From Pocillopora damicornis (Eukaryota), in the NCBI RefSeq assembly GCF_003704095.1, contig NW_020844283.1:62001-126000 (forward strand): 64,000 nt of DNA, read 5' to 3'. Numbering within the stretch: the stretch's first letter is position 1; each line of letters opens with the position of its first letter. Position numbers and translations under genes: made by a program. The notes below the pieces were generated by a model that was given only the letters and a program-made list of their open reading frames with translations, did no database searches and was not told the origin of the DNA. Of the stretch, positions 25,539 to 40,500 are shown piece by piece.

Positions 25539-28500
25539 CTACCGATGGGGCACTTGTTGATGTGGCGCAGATTGCACTGTATATGGTTGACCCACCACAT
25601 TAGCAGCCGGTGCAAATGGCTGTGGCATTCTTACAACGTACTGTCCACTAGCGTTCGAGCTAGCGTTTACAGGAACTGGCCACGGGGGCTGAGGCTCTCC
25701 AACAGGATGCCACTGGTGTTCGTCCATATTGGCAGCCCATTGAACATTATCCGGCCCATTGGGCCAAGGTCCATTCATAACAGGGCCACTATAATTTGTA
25801 ACTGGAACTTGAGAGCCCTGAGGGGGGGCCTGCAAGTTCGAAAATGTGCTAGGGAAAGCTCCGATAGGTTGTTGAGAGACCGCTGTCTGGGGAACCACCT
25901 GCGATGCAGTTCTTGAAGGTCCTGGGGTTGGAGCTGTTTGTATTGGTACCTCTCGCTGAAGCTGGTTCACTTTGATCTGATTCAAACTCAATTTTGGTTC
26001 CACTTTTCCTCCCGTTGCCTGGCCCGCAACAGCAGAAGACGTAGGTTTTTTCTTTGTCTTGCTCTCGAACTGCGCTAATTGTTCGATTTCCTTATCGATA
26101 CCAGAGAAAGTCTTTTTTGGAACGTTTGCATAGGCCGCGGATGCCGACATTTCAGCGCTGCACCCATTACTCTTAGAATGATCATTGTACTCTGGTCCTT
26201 CCTCTGTACTACTCTTGTGGCGAAGTGGAGGTTGCTGATGTGTTGCGCCCTGTTGTTGCTGTTGCTGCTGCCTCTCTTTTTTCATCTGAGCTTGAAAAGC
26301 GTCTTTCAATTGTTGCTGTTGCTGCTGTGTGCGTTGCTGGTGTTGCCGTTGTTTCTTCATTTCAGTTTTCTTTTTAAATTGCATTAACTCTTTCTCGTGT
26401 TTTTTTTCCAGCTCTTCTTTGTCTTTGCGTTGCCTGGCGAAAAAAGTTACACGTGAGTCCCGCGAAAATTTGTCTGCATAAATAGATGGCCAAACTGTTT
26501 ACAGTACATCATAAATGAAGACTTGACCGATTTCGCCATGTGCATCTTCTTAACTGCACGACCTTCACTCTTTACACCCTAACATAACTATGCATATTCT
26601 CCATACTGTTCTCCATACATTTTCTATGGTACTGACAACAGAATTTGTTGAACAATCTAGAGCTTCTTAAGTTGGTTATCATTTCCTTCAATCTCGCGAC
26701 TTCAATTTGTGATCCAGGGGTGTTATCTTAAGAGAAGATAAATGCTAGTCATTCTAGAAGGGCTAAAGAGGTAACATTACCTTCGAAACTCAGTATTCAC
26801 TTTAGTATCCTACATAACTGGCTGACCCGATACCCATACAAGGAAAAACAATGGCGAAGAACTTCGGGTAGGAGTAAAAAGAAAAATGTAAAATTATCTT
26901 CCTCGCAATCCTTAACGTACTGGTAAAGTTCGCTGATATAGTTTGCGATAGAGAAACAGATCATCAAATTCACACTCTGAACCTTAAAGTTCGAAAATTT
27001 CCTCTTCAAAAACCTATCTCAAATTAATCTTGACTGTAATCTCTTCTCGGTTTTCTGGTGGATTACACGCGATTATGAAATAGCACTATTAAGGCTGAAA
27101 TTGAACAAACGCTAGGCCCTTTACAGGATATCGAAGTAGGAAGACAAACACTGCACCTTGCAAGGAGTTTGTTTAACTCTTCATCTTCCTCAATGGTCAA
27201 GTCTAACGAGATATGTAGTCGATGTAGTCGCTGTTCAAAGTCGCTTTGGGAATGCAGCGACTTCGTTTTCAGTACTGGTTTCCTCTGCTGAGAAATAATA
27301 AGAAACTGCTTATAGAAGTTGTGAGAACTCTCCATGCGATTAACGTGACTAAACGTAGTGCATCTATTCTATTTCCTCCTCCTTTTTTTCTGTTTGGTTT
27401 TTTTTTCTCACAAGGCGTAGCTACTTCGTGTTAGCATATGTAACATTTACTATTTCAGAGAAGCCGTGTGCGCTCTCTACCTGCCCACATCTTACCTGGA
27501 ATTAATCAATCTTTTTTCCGTATTTCTGAGTATATGTAAAGCAGATAAAAATTGCTGTCTTTATTGTTGTTTCGTTTAGTTATTATCGACAAACTCTGAG
27601 TCTGAACGAAGGCAGATGATCATTTTCTCCAGTTCCTGTAAAAACACTCTTTGATCTTAAGAGGTTACCCGGAAATGCAGCTTTTCATCAATTTTTCCTC
27701 GTGAATTCATGAGGTAACCAGTTCGCTGACGTCTTAAGTTGTTTCACCAACGTCATAAGGCATATGCCAGCGAACTGACCTGAGACGCTGGTAAAACGAC
27801 CTAAGAGATTAACGAACTGGTCATAAGCCACAGAGCTGAAAGGACAAGATCAGTTAGTATACCAACAACACCTCAGGTCACAGGTCCGGGCTACACAATT
27901 ACAACGTTACAATTGATACCTGATCTCCCTCTTGCTTTGCCAGTAAATGTCTAGCGCCATCAAAGAGCAAATCGCTTTGGCCACTATTCTTTCTAACTGG
28001 GTCTTTACTAGAAACTGCAGATGGACTATTTGAGCTCTGTCCCTCCAGCGGAGTTGTCTGAGGTGAACTGGAGGACGTGTGGGAAGTCATTGCACCTGGC
28101 TGAGAGCCCACTGAGTTAAGGCTTTCCATAGATGAGCTGGGAGTTAGAGATGGAACTGATCCCATAACTGCAGCAGTGGTCACATCTGAAAGGGTTACAT
28201 CTACAGGTGCTAGCGAAAGCCTTGCATTGTCTAAAGTCTCCAAGAGTGGCGTGTCAGGCCTATCGGATGACGCGGAAATGGTGAATCTTCCCTGAACATA
28301 TTCACTCACTGACGACGTGGCTCTTACCTTTTCGTTTGTAGCACTAATCGACAGCTCATCGTCCGACGAAGCAACAGACTCTATTTTGTGCTTGTCAGGA
28401 TTAAGGTCCTCTCCAGATATCTGAGATTCAAATTTTACCTGGTGTAATGGTAAAGATCGCCCCTCGGAATTAGAATTATCAACCGGGTGAAAAGCATATG

Positions 28501-31500
28501 TTGGGGTCTGTGGCCTTGAAGAATTTGCAGATGGTATAATTTGAAGTTGTTCTTCCCCCTTTGAAACTTGAATATCAAAACTAATTTGCATTTGATTATC
28601 GTTATGTAAAGATGGCGAAGGCAGTTCAGTGTCTGACTTTTTATCAAGTCTTTGATCTATCAACGGAGCTGTACTAGCTACTTCTAGCTGTAGACGGGAT
28701 GCACTGTCTTTTTTTGATAGTTTCTCTTGAGCTTCTGTCTGATCACAAGGCTCCTGACTCAGTCCTGATTCTGAAGTTCTAGACATTTCTTTGTTAGATG
28801 CATCTGACGATACCCCACTCTCGTCACTGTTAGGTTTAAGGACTGGCGGTGATTTATGTTCATTTTTTGTCATCACCTCAGGTGATGACATATTTTTTAA
28901 CACGGGATCTTGAACTTTTTTCACAGTAAAGCGTCGCGTGGGAACTCCAGATGAAGGCACTGTCGTCTGCATAACTTCCACAGGAAATTGACTGTTTAAA
29001 GTTTCACCATTTTGTGCGGGTGCGTTATCACTTCTCTGTGGTTCTTCGTTCGCTGGTTCAGCCACCACTAAATGTGGTTCTTTTCCTTTCTCCAAATCTT
29101 GATCAATCTGATGACCTGATGGAAAACTTTCTTCCCTAGAAGGGGAAGAGCTGATTTCTGAAGTTTGTGGTACTTGCTTATGAGGGACAGGATTCAATAC
29201 CACAGGCTGTTTTACTTTTTCTTCTATCTTTGTAATCAGCGTTGCAGGTTGTTTCTGAGGACCTTCCGAAAGTTGTTCAAGAGAATTAGGTTTCTGCTCA
29301 TAGACTGCCGACTGTTTTTCATCTGGCTGTGATGCCTGTGATGGCTGTGAAATTTCAGCCACAGAAGGTTCATTTTCAGGCTGAATTGAACCTGAATCGG
29401 GATTTTTAACAGCTACAGAAGCGTCCACAAAGAAGGGAACTTCCTTTGGAAAAGGACTTTCCAATGACTAAAAAATAAGATGATAGCGAAAAATTACATC
29501 TCCAGATTACTTTGACAAAAAATTCTACACGATTCAAAAATACTCTGCTCAGTAATTTGGGTATAGACAGAAGGTCATCACTGATGACAATCTATGGTAA
29601 AGTGTTCTCATCACTGCAGATTTGTGGAAATCTTTCTTACTTATTAATGCTGCCACAAATATCTAAGGTATGCCTAAGAAACCTTAAGACGGGAAATCAA
29701 ACGTTCATTGATTAATGGGCTACAAAGGCTGCTAATTGACCTTCAGAACAATACTCGACTAGACTTTTGCAATAGTAAGCCAAGAAACAATTTCATGCAA
29801 AGTGAGAAAACTACCGTAAAAGCCGACGTGAAAACTTAAAGAAATACTACAGTTAGGGAAGACTTGAATTTAAAGGAGTTCACAAACTGTGCTGTTCTGT
29901 CATAACACTTAGCCAGTTCTGACTGACGCAACGACATATTTCTACCTGGCCAACAAATGCACCTCAGACTACTATGTAATACACCCTACCTGCTGTGAAG
30001 GAACTCCAACAGAGATGCTTTCCGATGATATTTGAGTTTCCAGCACTGTCCTTTCACTCGCAGTTTCCGTTCCCGGTTGGCTCTTAGCTTTCTGTACCCT
30101 TTCTTTAGCCTCGATTATCACACGCCGAAGCTGGTCTTCAAACAGCTGTTTGTTGCACTCTTGTAAATGACCTGCTTCCATCTGACAATAAGACAACATA
30201 TCGTTATCAAGCAGGAACAAAACTATGATCTAACAACATTTTACTAAAAGAAGCTCCATAAATAATGAACAGTAATCCTACACCAAGTTGGTAACTATCC
30301 ACCCTTCTTCCCTGGAAAGAATTTAAGTGGATATGACTGTTGTTTCATATAGTATTTACATTGTACCAAACCAACTTCATAAAACGTTCCTCGAAGACTG
30401 ATGCAGGTTGGGGTTGATCCTTACTGCAACTAAGAATGAGTAACCTCAAGTGATAGCGGTGAATTTGAATAACCAAGCCAACAGTTTGCAAAATCTTAAA
30501 TAGCACACAGCTAAGAATTAAGTATAATAAGTGGAAAATAAAAAGGGGCAAACACATCACACACAGCAGACAAACAGTTTAGCTGTTTTACAGGATGACA
30601 AATAAAAGTCACACTGTCATTTAATCAAATCATCATCATTATAATAAGGACACTCATTAATTGAATAGTTTTCATTGTCATTGTAGACCAAAAGTATATA
30701 ACTTTAAAAAACATATTTCATTATCTACAACGTATGTAAGTTTGTCTCACCATATTAGCAGAAACTTCATCTGGCTCATCATCATCAATACCAAACTTGA
30801 AAGTTATCCTACTGTTTTTATATGTGTCAAAGCTGCACTCAACCACAGGACCCTCTGGAGACCCTTCAATCCTTTTCAGTTGAATCCTTGGTAATCTTTC
30901 TTTCTTTGCTTGCTTTACAGCTGTTTTGTTATCTTTTTTCTCCAAGCCTGATGCTAAAGGTGCTGCTGACAAAGAAAGATTAATAATAGCAGCACTCTGG
31001 CTTCCATTAGTGGTAAAGCCCACAGATCCAGAGGATGAAACCTCGCCTACAGAAGTTGGGGCAGAAGGAACTGATGATATTGATGATGTATTTGACCCAT
31101 AACCAGATGAACTGTATGCCACTTCAGTAATCACACCGCTACTGAACGTAGTTTCAGTTGGAGTGGGCAGAGCTGGTGAAGGCAAAGGCTCTACCTCCTA
31201 AAAATAAATGCATTAAAAAATTCAAGTCAACCATTACTGATAGCATTATTCTCCACAGTTTACAATCAAACTAAGTCTAAAATTAACTAAAGTTTAGGAA
31301 TTTAAAAAAAGAGGAAAAGAGGGAAACCCTCAATGGATAGAAGGTAATAAGAAATTGAGTTATATTTAATAATTGTATGTTCTAAATATTTGGAGAAGTT
31401 TGTGAACATTGATTGATGATAGAAAAACTTCATAGTATTTTTATGGGGCTAACACATCAATTCACAAGAGATGAAATGCAATATTCCTTCACAGGGTTTT

Positions 31501-34500
31501 CCAAATAAGTGATGAGTTCTATGGGCAACAGTCAAAGAGCATTTAACCAACAAAAGGAAAGCTAAGATTGGCTGTAAAACTCCACCAGAGAATCAGATTT
31601 TTTTTTGTCCCTTTCCCCACTCAAACAAACAATTCTGTGTAAAAGTCCATTCAGGTTCAAGTTAGGTTGAAAAATATTTAGCTCTTGTTCATGACATACA
31701 CACCTTGCAACCTACAAATAAATTACCCATTTGACCCTTCCATTCAGAAAATAGGTCCAAAGTATTTAAATTGTCTTAATACTGTAGTATCATAAAGCAT
31801 CCCCAAGCACATACCATGGGTGGTGTTGCAACAGTTGAAACAGGCTCCACCTCAGAAGCCACACCTGGACTTAATTCTTCTACATTACCAGCTACCTTCT
31901 ATTGAAGTGAAAAAAGGAGATACAAATGGCTTCATTACAGTTATGGACCACAGCTCAACAACTGCCCCAACTATTAAGAAACTTGTATATATATAAATTG
32001 TTCCATTTTCCCATGAATGCAATTACATACTGACGGCTAATTTAAGGGTAATCCAAGCATAAGTAGCAAGCCAGGAAATATAAAAGCCAACAAACAAACA
32101 AAATTGATACAACAAACATGTTTTGAATACTTCTATCACAGGAAACTTATCACAATGTCTATGCTTCTACTATGTGAGATCCTCGCAGCTAAGAACACTA
32201 CTGAAACAAGTAGTTGTAAATAGGACCTGTTTGAACACTTGTGTCAGAAGAAAGATCCAATTTGAAGCATTTAAGATTAAACAACAGAAAATACCTTTTC
32301 TGAAATATCCTGGCCAGTGGTGATTGTGTGCTCGTCAATTGTTCCATGAGGACTACTTCCACATTCTGCAATTCCCTCCAACCTTTCAACTAAAGGATCA
32401 ATGACACGTCTTCCCAAACTACTTTTTCTTACTGAAACTTCGGCAGATGATTCTGGTTCTTCTTTGTAGTCCTTCTCTTCATGGTCCTCCTGGTCCTTTT
32501 CTTTCTCCTTTTCCATTTCTGTTTCAGGTGACTGCTGTTCTTTGTCACTATCATCTCCTTCTGTCTTCATGGGGTGTTCATCGTCCTGCCTTTCTTTCTC
32601 TCTCTTGTCTTCACCTAAACTTTCGCGTTTGACATTGCGACGATTCAGCATAACTTGAGCTATGCGGTCCCTGATGGACTTTGTGACTGCCTTTTGGTCC
32701 TCATCATAAATAAAGCCCTGTCGGACCTGTAAAAAAATATACATTGTTAAAAAATAACAAGAATACAACTTCCTTGTTTTGAGCAAATAATATCTTTATT
32801 TTATTAAAGTAAATGCACCAAAAACTAGTGAAGAGGGTGCAATTACAAACTGAACTTCACTGACAACAACTTAAAAAACCTTGTTAATTAAAACCAACCA
32901 CAACTCAAAAAATTTTTAAGGTTGACTATAGTACAAATGGCAAGCCTGCAATACAAGAAACCAACTGAATTGGATACATGATTAGTTTTAAGAAAGTAAC
33001 AACCTTGGCACTAAATAATATTATATTTGTTGTGATGCTACATACCTACACTCAAAGGAATGAACATGCATAAAACAAGTAACTACTGGCAGCAATAGCT
33101 AAGCAGCAAAACTTAATTTAGCAAAGGCCATATTCATATGTGACTGTCTACCAGAAAACAGGGAACAAGGTGATGGCACAAATTCGCTAATGATGATATT
33201 GCACGCCAAGAGTGTCACCAATCTCATGGATATGCACACATTTAAAAGGCAAAAGAAAGACTGGCATGGCAGCTTTTGTGTAACACACTCAAGTCTTGCA
33301 TCATATTGCTCCTGCTATGTCACTGGTTAGTGTGCTATTTCACTTAGTGCCAAGTTTGACATACTTCTTTGTTCCATGTAAGACATGCGTTTGTTTGAAA
33401 CATGCAATGCATACCATTGAAAAATTTTCATTTGCCTATTGTTTACCGTGTCCTTTTAGCCTGTCCATGCATTCACCTTTTTCCCGTGGATTCAAACTTT
33501 TACATCAGAGGGTATGTTAAAAAACTTGCCAGAGAAAATTGAATATTGTTATTCAGTTATTTGGGGACTAAATACCCATTCAGAATCATCAATCATGTGT
33601 CATTTCTGAAAAAGGTGAAGAAGCTTTCAGAAAAACTGAAAGGTCATCTTCCTGTTCAGGTAACACTGTCCAAATGAAACACAAAAGATCATGTTAGGTA
33701 AAAGTATCAAACTATTCAAATTTACAAGTGACTTAAAATGCTTAGTAATGAAAATAAATTGTACACAAGAACTTAAACCTAACTGTTTTCATCCCAGTGA
33801 ATGATAAGTTATTCACAGATTTAATTCATGCTTTATCCATAAGTCCCACTCTTGATTAATCATCACATAAAGTCAGTGTCATTTTTAATCAGTAAATATC
33901 AATACAATTATATGCTATACTATGACTGCTTCAAAACAGAAATTCTGAAATATCATACCTTGTTAAATCTGAGTTCCATCAAAGTTCACTATATGCTTAC
34001 TCAGAGCAATTAACCTCCACTTTCATGTTGTTTGAAACCAGAAACAACAACTAACTTCTTCCTTCCTTTTGAAGCCTGCCTTTCAACTTGTTTTAATTCT
34101 GTTTCACTGTTAAGTTTTGTTAAAAATTAAATTCTAGTTTAGAGAGATGTCTGTTCAGTTCTGCAAGTTATACACACTGAAAAAAATAAGCCTTTTGCTC
34201 TCTGATACCTCTAGAGTCAGCTCACTTGGCAATCTTCAAGTGGCAAAAACAACCTTTGAATTAAATTCACTCACATGTTAATAATCATTAACAATTCTTG
34301 GACACAAACATACCATAGGCAAAATTGAAAATCTGTTCTGAAATCTTAAACAGCCATACAAACTTCCACTTTTGCCCAGTGCATTTTACAACCAAAATTC
34401 CTACCTTCTCATGCTGTGAAACAAAGATGTAGATTAGAATTATCTACTGGGCATTAATAGATGTACTCACCAATTCTTGTGTGACCTTCTCTGGTTGATC

Positions 34501-37500
34501 AGTGCCCAGATTAAAATCAAACTGAATTCCTTCATTCTGTTTGTGTTTGTCTTTGCGTTTCTTTGGATCCTCCAGCTGAAGTAACAGCTTAACTATGTCA
34601 GCTGCTTTGGAGGTATCACTGTCAGTGCCAGGTTCTGCCTCCACTAAATTCACCTTTACTCCAGAGTCTTCTTGAAAAAATGGGTGGTTTAACATATCTT
34701 TTATTGTATATCTGAAAAAAATTATAGTAATAAAACATGTTACTTCATTCAATTGTTAATAATGTATAACAACTTCAAAATTGGTTTTAAATTTTGTTTG
34801 TTAAAAAAGCAAATAGCATAGGGGGCAAAACTAGGAGGCCTTGGAGTTTTTGATGTGTGGTGACATAGGTTGTAGCTTCAATAAACCGATTCCACTTGTA
34901 AACGATACAAGTGCATGCAATAACTTTTTTACCTTTCCTCAATCTTGGCTTTGGTGCAGCCCTCAATGATCTGTCTGATTTCCTTTGAACCAACTTTATC
35001 CAAACACTCTGGCTTGATACCCTGTTGATCAAGGTAATTCATACATCATAGACTATTGAGCATTTAATATTTAAAAAGAAAACTTCAAAACTTCAGTAGC
35101 CAGTGACAATGCTACAACAGTGAAAAATTAAAGCTTTCAAGGAGTCTTTATCACAATTTATATCTAAAGTGCTGAAAACATTTTGTCTTGGCAAAAACTA
35201 TCAAATGAAAGCTGAGATCCCTGAAATGGAATAGTCCCATAAATCTTGAGTGCACATTCACTTTGTAAGAGGTTTTCATTCTCTTGTTAGAAAAGTTTTA
35301 CAATAAATTTCTGCAAGAAAATCCTGTTAGTTTGCTGCTACAATTTTCTTACAGCAAAAACATGGCAACTTTTCCTTCTTAGCCAGCAGTTTGGGGAATT
35401 CTAGTCAAAAATTTCTGAAGTTCCTAGGCCTTCACCATGCAGCAAAAAATAGAGGCCCAAAATGGTGCAACCAGTTAATTAAACCCCATTGTAAATAGCA
35501 AATTTGATATATGATAAAAGAACAAATATTTTCCCATTGTTTTCAGCATTCAAAGCATCCTCTTTGTTTCCACAAAACCAAAGGCCTTCAATAAATTAAA
35601 ATCAGGGATTTCTTGTGTTGTACCATTACCTGAATAATAATCAATAGAGTTTTGACCAAGCATAGTGCATGTTGCACCTAAGTTATGTTATAATCAATGC
35701 TTTTAAAATGAAATTGGTAACCACAAACTGTCAATTTCTCTTTCAGTCCAGTTCTCATAATATAACTTGACTGACACATAACCTGTCAATGGTGAATAAT
35801 TCAAATGAGAATTCATGGTTTTGAAATCTAGGAACAGTAATTGACATGGTGTTTTTTGGTCAAATTCAGAATTAAGAAAGAATGAGAAGATTTTTTTAAT
35901 TTAGGAGGCACTAAAACACACCTACTAGCAAAAATAAAATAGGCATTTTCAACAATTTCATGTAAGCTCCAAGTCAAGCCAGTTATATTTCATTTGACAA
36001 CTTCCAGCATTCAATACAAATGACAGATAACTTACACTGACAACTCTTCGATAGATTTGAGCTGGGTTTTGGCATTCCATATACGGATATTCTAGTGTTG
36101 TCATCTCCAGCATGCACATCCCAAAAGCATAAACATCCACAGATTCATCATAATGTTCTTCATACATTTCTGGTGCCATAAACTCTGGAGTTCCTGGTAA
36201 AATATGGGGATCAGTTAATATAAAGTGGTTGAAATATTTTCTCAGAAAATTTAAAAGAAATTTGAATTCTTATTCTTGTTAAATGCCCTGTACATGTTGA
36301 ACCAACAATTATTTGTTTTATTACAGAGGTCAGAATCACTTAATGCTTACTGACTAAGGCAGAAAGCATTCTTTATAAATCATAAAGGAGCTTTTGGTTG
36401 CATGATGGGCATGATAATCCTTATTGGATCCTCACAGGGGTTTGTGTAAATATTCCTATCCCCCATGTGATTAGACACAACACAAAAAGCACCCAAATTG
36501 CCTTTCTGGTTCCATGGTTTTCTGGCATTATTTTTTTTCACACCATTTCACTTTGTTTCAGAAAGTGAATGCTACACAAAGGGAAATCATGATGGTATAA
36601 AAAATTCTGATGTAAAGAAAACATTTGAAGCATAACAGATACTCTCATCAAGTGCTCTCCAAATAAGGAACAGAGCATGAAAAGTAAGTAATCAGCATAT
36701 CTCTAACTAATTTCAACACTGTGAAAGACCAAATAGATATTTTGACCTATTCACCTAACATGCCATAGTACACTGGTTTGAAGTTTGAACAGATAATAAA
36801 CACTCTCTGGTTGTGATCTTGAAATCATGTGAACACCCTCCTATGCCATTTGTACTTTGTAACTTCTGTTTTGAATCAAATCTATACGAGTTTGGTGGCA
36901 CAGTACACAGTAGAATATTGTAATCATGAATAATAATTACTAACTGCAATTATTATGTAGCTGACAAGGCCTGTGGGCAATATGAAAATTGCCTGCTTTA
37001 ATACTGTGCAAGAACAAAAAAATTGCACAGTTTTTGGACAATGTCAGTAGTGGAGCTGTAAAAAACAGTAGAAGAAAGTAAAACCAAAGAAAACATAGAC
37101 AACTCTTGTGGGTTTATCATGGTGCAAAAATAGTTGACTTTCTTTCCTAACTTTTAAAATAGACAATTCATTCTCGATTCTTGTAAAAGCAAATTCTTTA
37201 TGCTACATAACAAATCATTTACTGACCAAGAAGGTTGGATATTAGCCTCATTCTTTCAATATGTTTTTATGGACCTTGACTTCATCTAAGTTCATAAACA
37301 TGCAAAAAAGGTACTTGGCCAATATCCAGTCATCTGAAAGTGCTTCCTTATCCTTGTCTTATCCTATCCTATAATTATTTTCACAAATGGGCTTAATCTC
37401 TCATATGCTGTGTTTTAAATTTAATATCAATTCCTTGTTACATCAACTTAAAGAAGGTAACACAGAATTTTAAGTCTAAAGGGAAAATTGATGTCTCACC

Positions 37501-40500
37501 TATTACACTCTTTGCAAAGGAAGATTTCTTCAGAGTAGCGAGCCCTAGATCTCCAATTTTCACCAAACCAGTGGTGCCATTGATGAAAATGTTGTCACAT
37601 TTAAGATCACGATGAATGATTGGTGGTGTCCTTGTGTGTAAAAAGAGTAAACCTTTGAGAATCTGCCGACACCAGCTCTTTAAAATCTTCTCCTTTACTC
37701 CCTTAAAGCGTTTCAGATACCTGTTGACACAAACAAATGAACCCACATCAACAGTAAACATAGATGTATGATCAGACTAGCAGCCAGACTGACAAATTCC
37801 TTGCACAACTAATACCTTTCCCACAAAATTATGAAATATCATTGCACTTATAAACACAACTAAGTAGCTGTGAAATTAAAGCCTGATAAAAATTGAGATT
37901 TGAACAGGATTTGAACCATTCTGCAACACCACTGGGAAACCCAAACTACAGAGCCAGCTGGGAGCCTGTCATCATGTGAGTGAGTGATCCACCCAAGAAA
38001 AAAGTTCAAGGAGTAAAGAATGGCAAGAAAACTACATATTTGACCTGCCAAGTCCAATTTCATTAAAGTTAGAAACTCAACTCTGTTAGCTGTGAAAATG
38101 AAGCTTGTCAAGAACTCATATACAGGATTAGAAGCCATGACACAAAGTGCCAAGCCAACAAGGGGCTCTTGGACGAGTGGAATCTGGCAAACTGGGCTGA
38201 GAATAAAAACCAAGCTACCAAGCAAGACAGTCATGGTTTTAAATCCAATTCAAACCTGAGTTCTTTGGTGGGATAATTTTCACACTACGTGATTAGTGAA
38301 TGTAACTGAAATTATATTCCATCTAGTTACATCTCCATTCTACAATTCAGTTGTTATAATATGACTCAAAAACAATCCCTCTTACACAACATCATCAAAA
38401 CATGTTTGTTCAAGAAACTTAACTAAGATTATATATATATCTAACCCTTATAGATATAAATATTTTCTTTCCTCAAAACAACACCAACTCTGCCCCAAAT
38501 AAATTCAAAATTTAATAATGATCAAGTCACTGAGACAGAACCACAATTTCAAAGGTACCATTCAGCACCTCTTAATGTAGGCCATGACAAATAGGCTCGC
38601 AAGAGGTTAATGATTATTGTTTCTATACCTTTAAAATCCTTTAAGTTTTAGTTGGGAGGATTACTTTCCATGGAAAAAACATTTGCATGCACTAGAATAC
38701 TCTGTTACTTGAATGAATTGAGAATGAAATTATGCAGAACAAGATCTGGATTAACTACACAACAAGAAAAAGTTAAATTCTTCACCATACAAAGGTTATG
38801 AGGTTAAATCTGTATGGGTTTGAGTTTGGGAAAGCAATTGCCACAATAAACAAATAGAAATATGATTCATAACTAGAGCTATCAGAATGTGCTCCTGGAT
38901 TAACTTGTTGTTACCATGAATTGTCTACATCTCATTCACATCCTTGATTAATAAGCATGTGGGAAAGAGAGTTCAATCATGAAGATATCACTGCATTTAC
39001 CAGACATGTTTGTCAATCAATCAAACTGCACACACTTGAGGCAGCAATATTCTGTAGTCCAGAGCTAAGACCTATCCTTAATAAATTATCTATTTTTATT
39101 GTGTCCAGAAAATACTGCAAGATTAATTTACTATCTTCCAACAAAATAGGCAAAGGATGCAAAATAAAATAAGTGTCAATCTACACCATCCACTAAAAAA
39201 GAAAAATTTCACTTACATATATACTTCAAAAATAATAAGTGCAAATTCTAAAATGCAACGGCGCTCAGCTTTAAAAGAGACCGTGACCTTTTTTAAACAA
39301 TTTAAAATAAAAATTTTTTACTATCCCTGTCACATGGTAGGCGAGTGTAACCATCGCTGTAAGCTATAGCGATTCTACAAAGCACGCTTAACAAATGTGC
39401 GGTAAACTACATCTCAGAGACACGAACACTTATGGCAACTCTAAACCGCAAATGCTTTGCCCTGCTGTGTTTTTCTAAGGCTCTACGAAATCGAAAGACA
39501 AGGGGCATGTATTTGGGGGAGGGGAATGGTAATGTCGAAAGAAGCAAAGTCGGCTCAGAGAAACGACTCAAATTACGAGCGAAACTGATATAAAGAAAAA
39601 TATCCTTTTTAATCCGTATTTTGGTATTTTAGACACAAAGCCAAGGAAACATGTTGAGAATCTTATTAGGTAAAACACACAATAATTCCTCGCCGTTGGA
39701 AACGCAAGTTTTACAATAGTTCCACAAAGTCAACCACTAAATTTGTTTTCCTACCCAAAGGGCAAATACAAAAATCGCATTTTTAGAATAAAACATTGAT
39801 ATGAAATCATTTTATTAAAAATTCAATACACCAAAAAGGAGTTCTGAACAAAAAACTGTGGAACGTCTCGAGAAGTGTGTGTCAAAGTAAGACGACCACG
39901 TACCCCGGAAACTGATCACGATTAACCTTGACGAACGTATAGTCCGTTAGCTTGTACAAAGAACTGCCCGACTTTTAAAATATAAGAACAATCGAATTTT
40001 AGGCAAATTTTAAGTTAACACAAGTAAAACAACGTGTCTTTGTTTGCCAATTCATTCAAAATTTACAGACATCGCGAGACAGTTTCGTCACATCCTAATT
40101 TCCTGCCTCCTTCCCATGCAAATATCACAACACATGAATTCGTGGCAAAAAGATGGCGGCCGCACAGTTGGCTTTAACATATTATCTTATACTTACGTTT
40201 TCAGAGTTCCTGAAGTCATTAGCTCCGTCACTAAAATAACCCTTTTCTTATCTTTGTTCCCGATTCTGGTCTCCCAAGAGTCGTGGAATTTTACAATATT
40301 TGGGTGTTGTAATTGCTTTAGCATCTCGGCTTCTTCTTTGAACCTCGCTCGCTCGGCTTTTGAATATTTATCCTTGAAAGGAAGATAAAGGTAAAAAAAA
40401 AATGATTACTTCTGATCACTCCATAACTAACCTTTAAAACACAGTACACAAGCGATAAAAAACAATCCGCACGTTGTAAGTACACGAACAAGTTACCTGA

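Noticed and set aside
25545-26387. Plus-strand ORFs 25545-25916 and 26079-26387 (Leu/Cys-rich)
   Set aside because: Antisense shadows of the WNK Gln/Pro-rich last exon.
27496-27525. 30-nt exon-like segment in WNK with a strong donor (CCAG|gtaaga)
   Set aside because: It has a stop in the phase required by the flanking exons. It could be a poison exon, but the sequence alone cannot support that.
37853-38290. Possible tRNA gene
   Set aside because: Only a B-box-like remnant is present and no cloverleaf can be drawn; better explained as SINE debris.
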